This document shows, piece after piece, positions 59,561-64,000 of a DNA stretch of 64,000 bases. How positions within the stretch are numbered: the first letter of the stretch is position 1; each line of letters begins with the position of its first letter. The notes beneath the pieces were generated by a model. The model was not told the origin of the DNA and did not search any database. It was given only the letters and a program-made list of their open reading frames with translations. The translations under genes were made by a program, and so were the position numbers. This stretch comes from Azolla caroliniana (taxonomy: Eukaryota > Plantae > Polypodiophyta): assembly GCA_043228905.1 (NCBI GenBank), contig JBHGNT010000015.1:16988001-17052000 (forward strand). Direction: 5' to 3'.

Positions 59561-61638
59561 GTTATTCTATCGCTTATCTTTGGTCCTTTCTTTGATGATC
59601 TATACTTGTTGAGATGGACAATATTATATGCTATTTGTATAGTGCCTCTGGCCTTTTTAATTTTAATACCAATGGAGGATATTTTTTATGGAAAAAAGAA
59701 AAGAAAAGAAAGAAGATATTGAACATTTTGATTGGGGATAATGGAACGTCCAACTATTAATGAAGCACTGACAAGGAATAAATAATGACTTCAATATTTA
59801 CCTTATGGTGAAACAATAATAGGCATTGAACTAAAACATGGATGACATTGTTGATCCATGATCTATAGCTAAAACCATATCACATCATCTATTAGCATTT
59901 GACGTCAATTTGTTTCTACTCTTAAAAGTGAGAGTTATACTTGTCATTAGGATCCCCAAAAACATTAACTTCAAAAGAATGTAGCATTCTTTAACCAGAT
60001 TGCATAAAGGAACTTCAACATTAATATCATCATTGAGTAATACCTATCCACTATTTTCAATACGAGAAATCGACAAATATCAACATCCTAGAAAAGTTTT
60101 ACATGTTTCAATGATCGTTCGACTTGATAGTAGTAGAAATCAATTAGTGTATCTACCCAATGCCCATCATTTTCAATAGGGAATCAGCAAACAACAAGTT
60201 TGTAGAGTTCTATATCACGTTTCAGTGATGATTAACCTTGATAATAGTGTAAATCAATTATGCATCTACCCACCATTTTCAATACCATGAATCTCCATAT
60301 ATCAAGAAAGTTTAGAGAAATCATGTAACATTGAAAAGAAAGTTTGTTATTGAACCACCGTGATATGGATAAAATCAATTTGGCAAAAACGTGTCATAAG
60401 TTTTGGGCCCGCATGGCTAACCAAGCTACTTCCATAAATATACAAGCTTTTATGTTTACAACATACTCTCGTTATCGCCCAATTTGAAAGCATACCCCAC
60501 TTAATACTACTTTTTAGACCATTGTTGTTGGAATAAATAGATTTAGTTGTTATCATGTAAACAACGATTGCTTCTTGGGCCAAACTTATGGAACCAGGTA
60601 TTTGCCACACATCTAGTCTTGAGCATTGAATCCAGGGCAGGAATTTGACGGGTGTCATGCCCGTCAAAAACATACACATAATAAGAATGCCCGTCAAGTG
60701 ACATATAAAGTTTAAATATCCATTTTTCATGCGAAAGGCCCCTACAAATTATGCATGTCAAATGACATGTTAAAATTCTATTTTCCATGTCATATATATT
60801 ATAAATTTATATACATATACATATGTCAATTATTATATATATGAAGTGTGTATTATAATATATTAATACTATATCAAAAAATTCCAAAAAATTATATGTT
60901 TTTTATAACACGCTTAAAATAATATCATTATCATGTAATAATGGTATATATTCTCAAATATTTATTCTTAATTTCTTTACTAATAATATTAGTTGAAATT
61001 TGATTGAAATTTTAAACAATAACCTTTATTAAATACATACTTTAAGAGTGTATAACTCTAGGTTTGATTTTAATGTTATAAGTTTTAATTTAAAACTAAA
61101 ATTTTTTACTTACATAAAATTTTAAGTTAAAACTAAATTTTTACTAACTTTGTTTTCATACTTATTAGTAAAAACATTAACATGATATAAGCTTGTTACA
61201 GAGATGAGTGATGGCAAGGAGCAGGAGCAGAGCATGGCGAGAAGAGGAAACGGCAAGCAGGAGCAGCACGGTGAGGAACGCGCGCGCTGGTTAGCTGTGT
61301 GCCGCTGTCCAAGATCTCGGCCGCTCGTCAGAGGCTGTTCGGCTGCACAAAGTGCCTCGAATGAACCACTTTGCTTGTGAGTTTACCTACCCCTATAGTG
61401 TCAGTTACGTTCTTATTAGGGAATAATATTGAGTGTAGAGCACTAGAGGATAAGGGAGCCTAAGGGCAGCGGGATACAAGAAAACATGGTGGCAAGGGAG
61501 CCATCTGAGGGTGGTAAAGCAGACTCAATGTCATCGATTAAAGTACCAGCGGCAAGGGTGCCGCCTGTGCGGTGGGTGGAGTCGAGGTATGCACTACAAA
61601 GGATGGTTAATGGCCGCGAGAAGTAGCAAGTTGGGAAT

Positions 61639-63780
61639 TTGGAACATAAGGAAACAAGTGACGCTTGGAAAGTTGTAGGGAATCATATTAATGGAGGTGC
61701 TGGTAGGATAGGTAAGGATTCGGTGAATCAGACAGATAAGAGGGGATGGATGAAAGAGATGATTAGGGCTCCTTCCAGCAGTATGGCTACAACCCTCTTT
61801 GCAGATGATGGCAATGAGGATTCACGAGTGTGGGGAGAATCGGAGGTTTGGAAAGTAGATGCACGGAAGCAAGAAGCTGGAGGAGATCATGCCAACCTTG
61901 CATCATGGCAAATGGATGAAGAGGGAGTAGAAGAGGGGCAGCGGGGATTGCAAGGAGGATCGTCTCAAGGGTTGCCTATGGTGGAGAGTGAGGCCACAGA
62001 GTACACGTTACAAGTGGAAAATCTTTTGAATGAATGTGGTCAGGTACATAATGCACATAATATATGCACGAGAGGAGATGATGATAAGGATTTGAAAATG
62101 GTGGAGACTTCCGATGTATTGGATGTTTTTCTGTCCGAAGAAGAAAGTACAATCTTAAATGCCGAGATCAAAAGATTAAAGAAATGTTCTTTCATTTGTA
62201 AGCTATTTGGTGGTAGGCCCAACAGAGGTATGGTTTGTGATATGCTACAAGTAGCTTTAATGGATAAGGTCCCACATATAAAGAGTGTGGATAATATGGG
62301 TCGAAATTTCTTTCACATTGAAGTGAACGAAGGGAGTGATGTATCGCAAATTATCAATATGAAATGTGTAGAACTCAAATACGGAAGAGCTCTGTTGTTG
62401 GAGTGGCATGCTAATTTCAATGTTATGGATGAGGCTAAGAAAATTGGTAATCCCATGGTGATATCTATGGTATTCCCTAATCTGCCTCGACACTTATATC
62501 CGTTGATGCAAAATATTGGGGAGAAGATTGGCACAATTTGTCCTTCCAAGGCATCCATGGTAGACAAAATCCGAGACTCCCCTAAGATTAGGGTGCTTGT
62601 GCAAAGTTTGTCCACACTTCCATCCCTAATTAGAGTGCATGATGTGGAGGGAAGATTGATAGATGTGGATGTGGAATATGAGGGTTTACCTGGCCAATGT
62701 TTCTATTGTAAAAGAAAGGGCCACATTGCCAAGGAATTTCCAAGGAAGATTAATAGAAATGTAAGGGGGGAGAAGGATATTGGGCTGTTAGATAAGCAAG
62801 AACCGATAAGGGAGTCAAGATTGAGCAACCTCATTGGGGCTGAGAAGGCGAACAATAGTGCAAATGGCTGGACTCGTGTTTCGGGACGGAAAAATGGCTT
62901 GCAACGAGAAGTAAACACGAATACACCTCATGCAGATTTGAGAAATCATTTTGAAGTGTTGCAAGAAGAGGAGGACCTAGCACAAGACTCAAAGAAAACT
63001 ATTGTTGAAGAGGTGGTAGTATGTACACCTGAGGTCATGTTAAAAAGTGGAACACTTAGACAAGAATCTACCATGGGCTCCCCTTCCTCTATTGGTAAAA
63101 GTGGAAGTATGGGACTGAGAGCAATGAAAGACTGGCTGTGTAATGGGAGATGTCAAGAAAGCTCACCCAACGCTCCTGAAATTAAGTTGCAAGCAGTGGG
63201 AGAAAGAAGTAAGGAGGCAAATGTTAGAGTTCCAATCAAATTTGTTAGGTCAAAAATATTGGAAGGGGACATGTTGGACAAGGGATATAGGTTTAGTCAG
63301 TAAGCTCTCACAAGACTGGCGGATTTGTCACAAGGGGAAGCTCTAGGGCTAAGGGTTTATGTAATTGTTGCTGAACGAAACAAGCTGCCGGCTATAGGCT
63401 TCTCTTTTGATCTAACAGACCTAGAGGTTACAACTAGTAACATGCCACGGATCTCCAACTTTATAGAAGTCAAGGCACACAAATACTTTCGCAGCCTACC
63501 TATCAATTGGAATGGAGATAATTGGAGGTTGATGTGGCTGAATGCTGGAATGATATGCGGGAGTTTTCATAATTCTTGCATTAAAAAACAGATTTTACTA
63601 TGCCTAGAGGAGATGATAGACCCTCTTGATGAGGTGTTGCACTTCCATGAGGAGGAAATGGCTGAAGCTACAAGGCAAGATGTTGTTTTAGGATGGGAGA
63701 GGATCAAGTCGGGAGGTTGGGCATGGGCTCGTGGGGAGGGACTATGTCCGGCTTGGGAGACCTCACAATTGTTCTCATGA
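61639..63780 (+). pseudogene. ORF1: LINE ORF1 (DUF4283/RRM-like region plus zinc knuckle), one premature TAA at 63301
   Basis: MGRNFFHIE, FPNLPRHL..IGEKIG, VEYEGLPGQCFYCKRKGHIAKEF (last Cys lost). 63325-63780 is in the same frame. Confidence 0.82.
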
Positions 63781-64000
63781 AATTAATCACGTGGAACATA
63801 CAAGGTCTAGGCGGTAGCAAATGTATGTTGGAGAGGAAGAACCTCCGCCAAGAGTTCAAATCCCCTAGCTTTAGGGGGATCCCAAGCATTTTGCTCTTGC
63901 AAGAGCACCATTTGAGTGCGAACAGAATCTCGAGTATTGGCAATCCTCTAGCGGGGGATTAGCATACTATTTGGTCCCCAGCGCAAGGTGAGCATGGTAG
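63777..64000 (+). pseudogene. ORF2: LINE ORF2 N-terminus (AP endonuclease)
   Basis: MKLITWNIQGL..ILLLQEHHL; ATGA overlap with the ORF1 stop; TAG at 63960. Confidence 0.88.

Larger units (their letters stand above)
61200..64000 (+). mobile_element. LINE (L1-like) retrotransposon, 5' part, decayed
   Basis: Abrupt composition shift at ~61200, a gag-like ORF1, then an APE endonuclease start. Confidence 0.88.

Noticed and set aside
60347-60788. Two overlapping minus-strand ORFs (127 and 81 aa)
   Set aside because: No recognisable domain; AT-rich context; cannot be supported as coding.

Overview
Eukaryotic, plant-type DNA, not prokaryotic. It is most likely from a fern or other non-seed land plant; this is inferred from the PLS-type PPR relics and the retroelement lineages. 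About 70% of the window is nested retrotransposons, and most boundaries can be fixed from TG..CA ends and target-site duplications (TSDs). A very young, near-intact chromovirus (5680-12705) and an older Ty1/copia (12830-17904) both sit inside a fragmented HSP70 pseudogene. A jumble of decayed copia elements follows (18500-31350). An 11-kb non-chromovirus Ty3/gypsy element (32415-43479, TSD CTGAG) has a second partial copy at 1-2169. The rest comprises an internally deleted chromovirus copy (45370-47856), three solo-LTR-like inserts, a hAT-type MITE, the 5' part of a LINE, a 100-N gap and one apparently intact host gene (F-box/kelch, 53113-54324). The most unusual feature is the 32415-43479 element. 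It has a tRNA-Arg-type PBS after its 5' LTR but no polypurine tract. In the PPT position sits a sense copy of a tRNA-like 3' end (GTCCCACGAGCGTGCCA) ending 2 nt before the 3' LTR, which suggests tRNA- or self-primed plus-strand synthesis. It also carries an extra ~1000-aa coiled-coil ORF after integrase, interrupted by an LTR-like insert containing a tRNA-like Pol III module. All alignments and counts were done by eye; no database searches were run.
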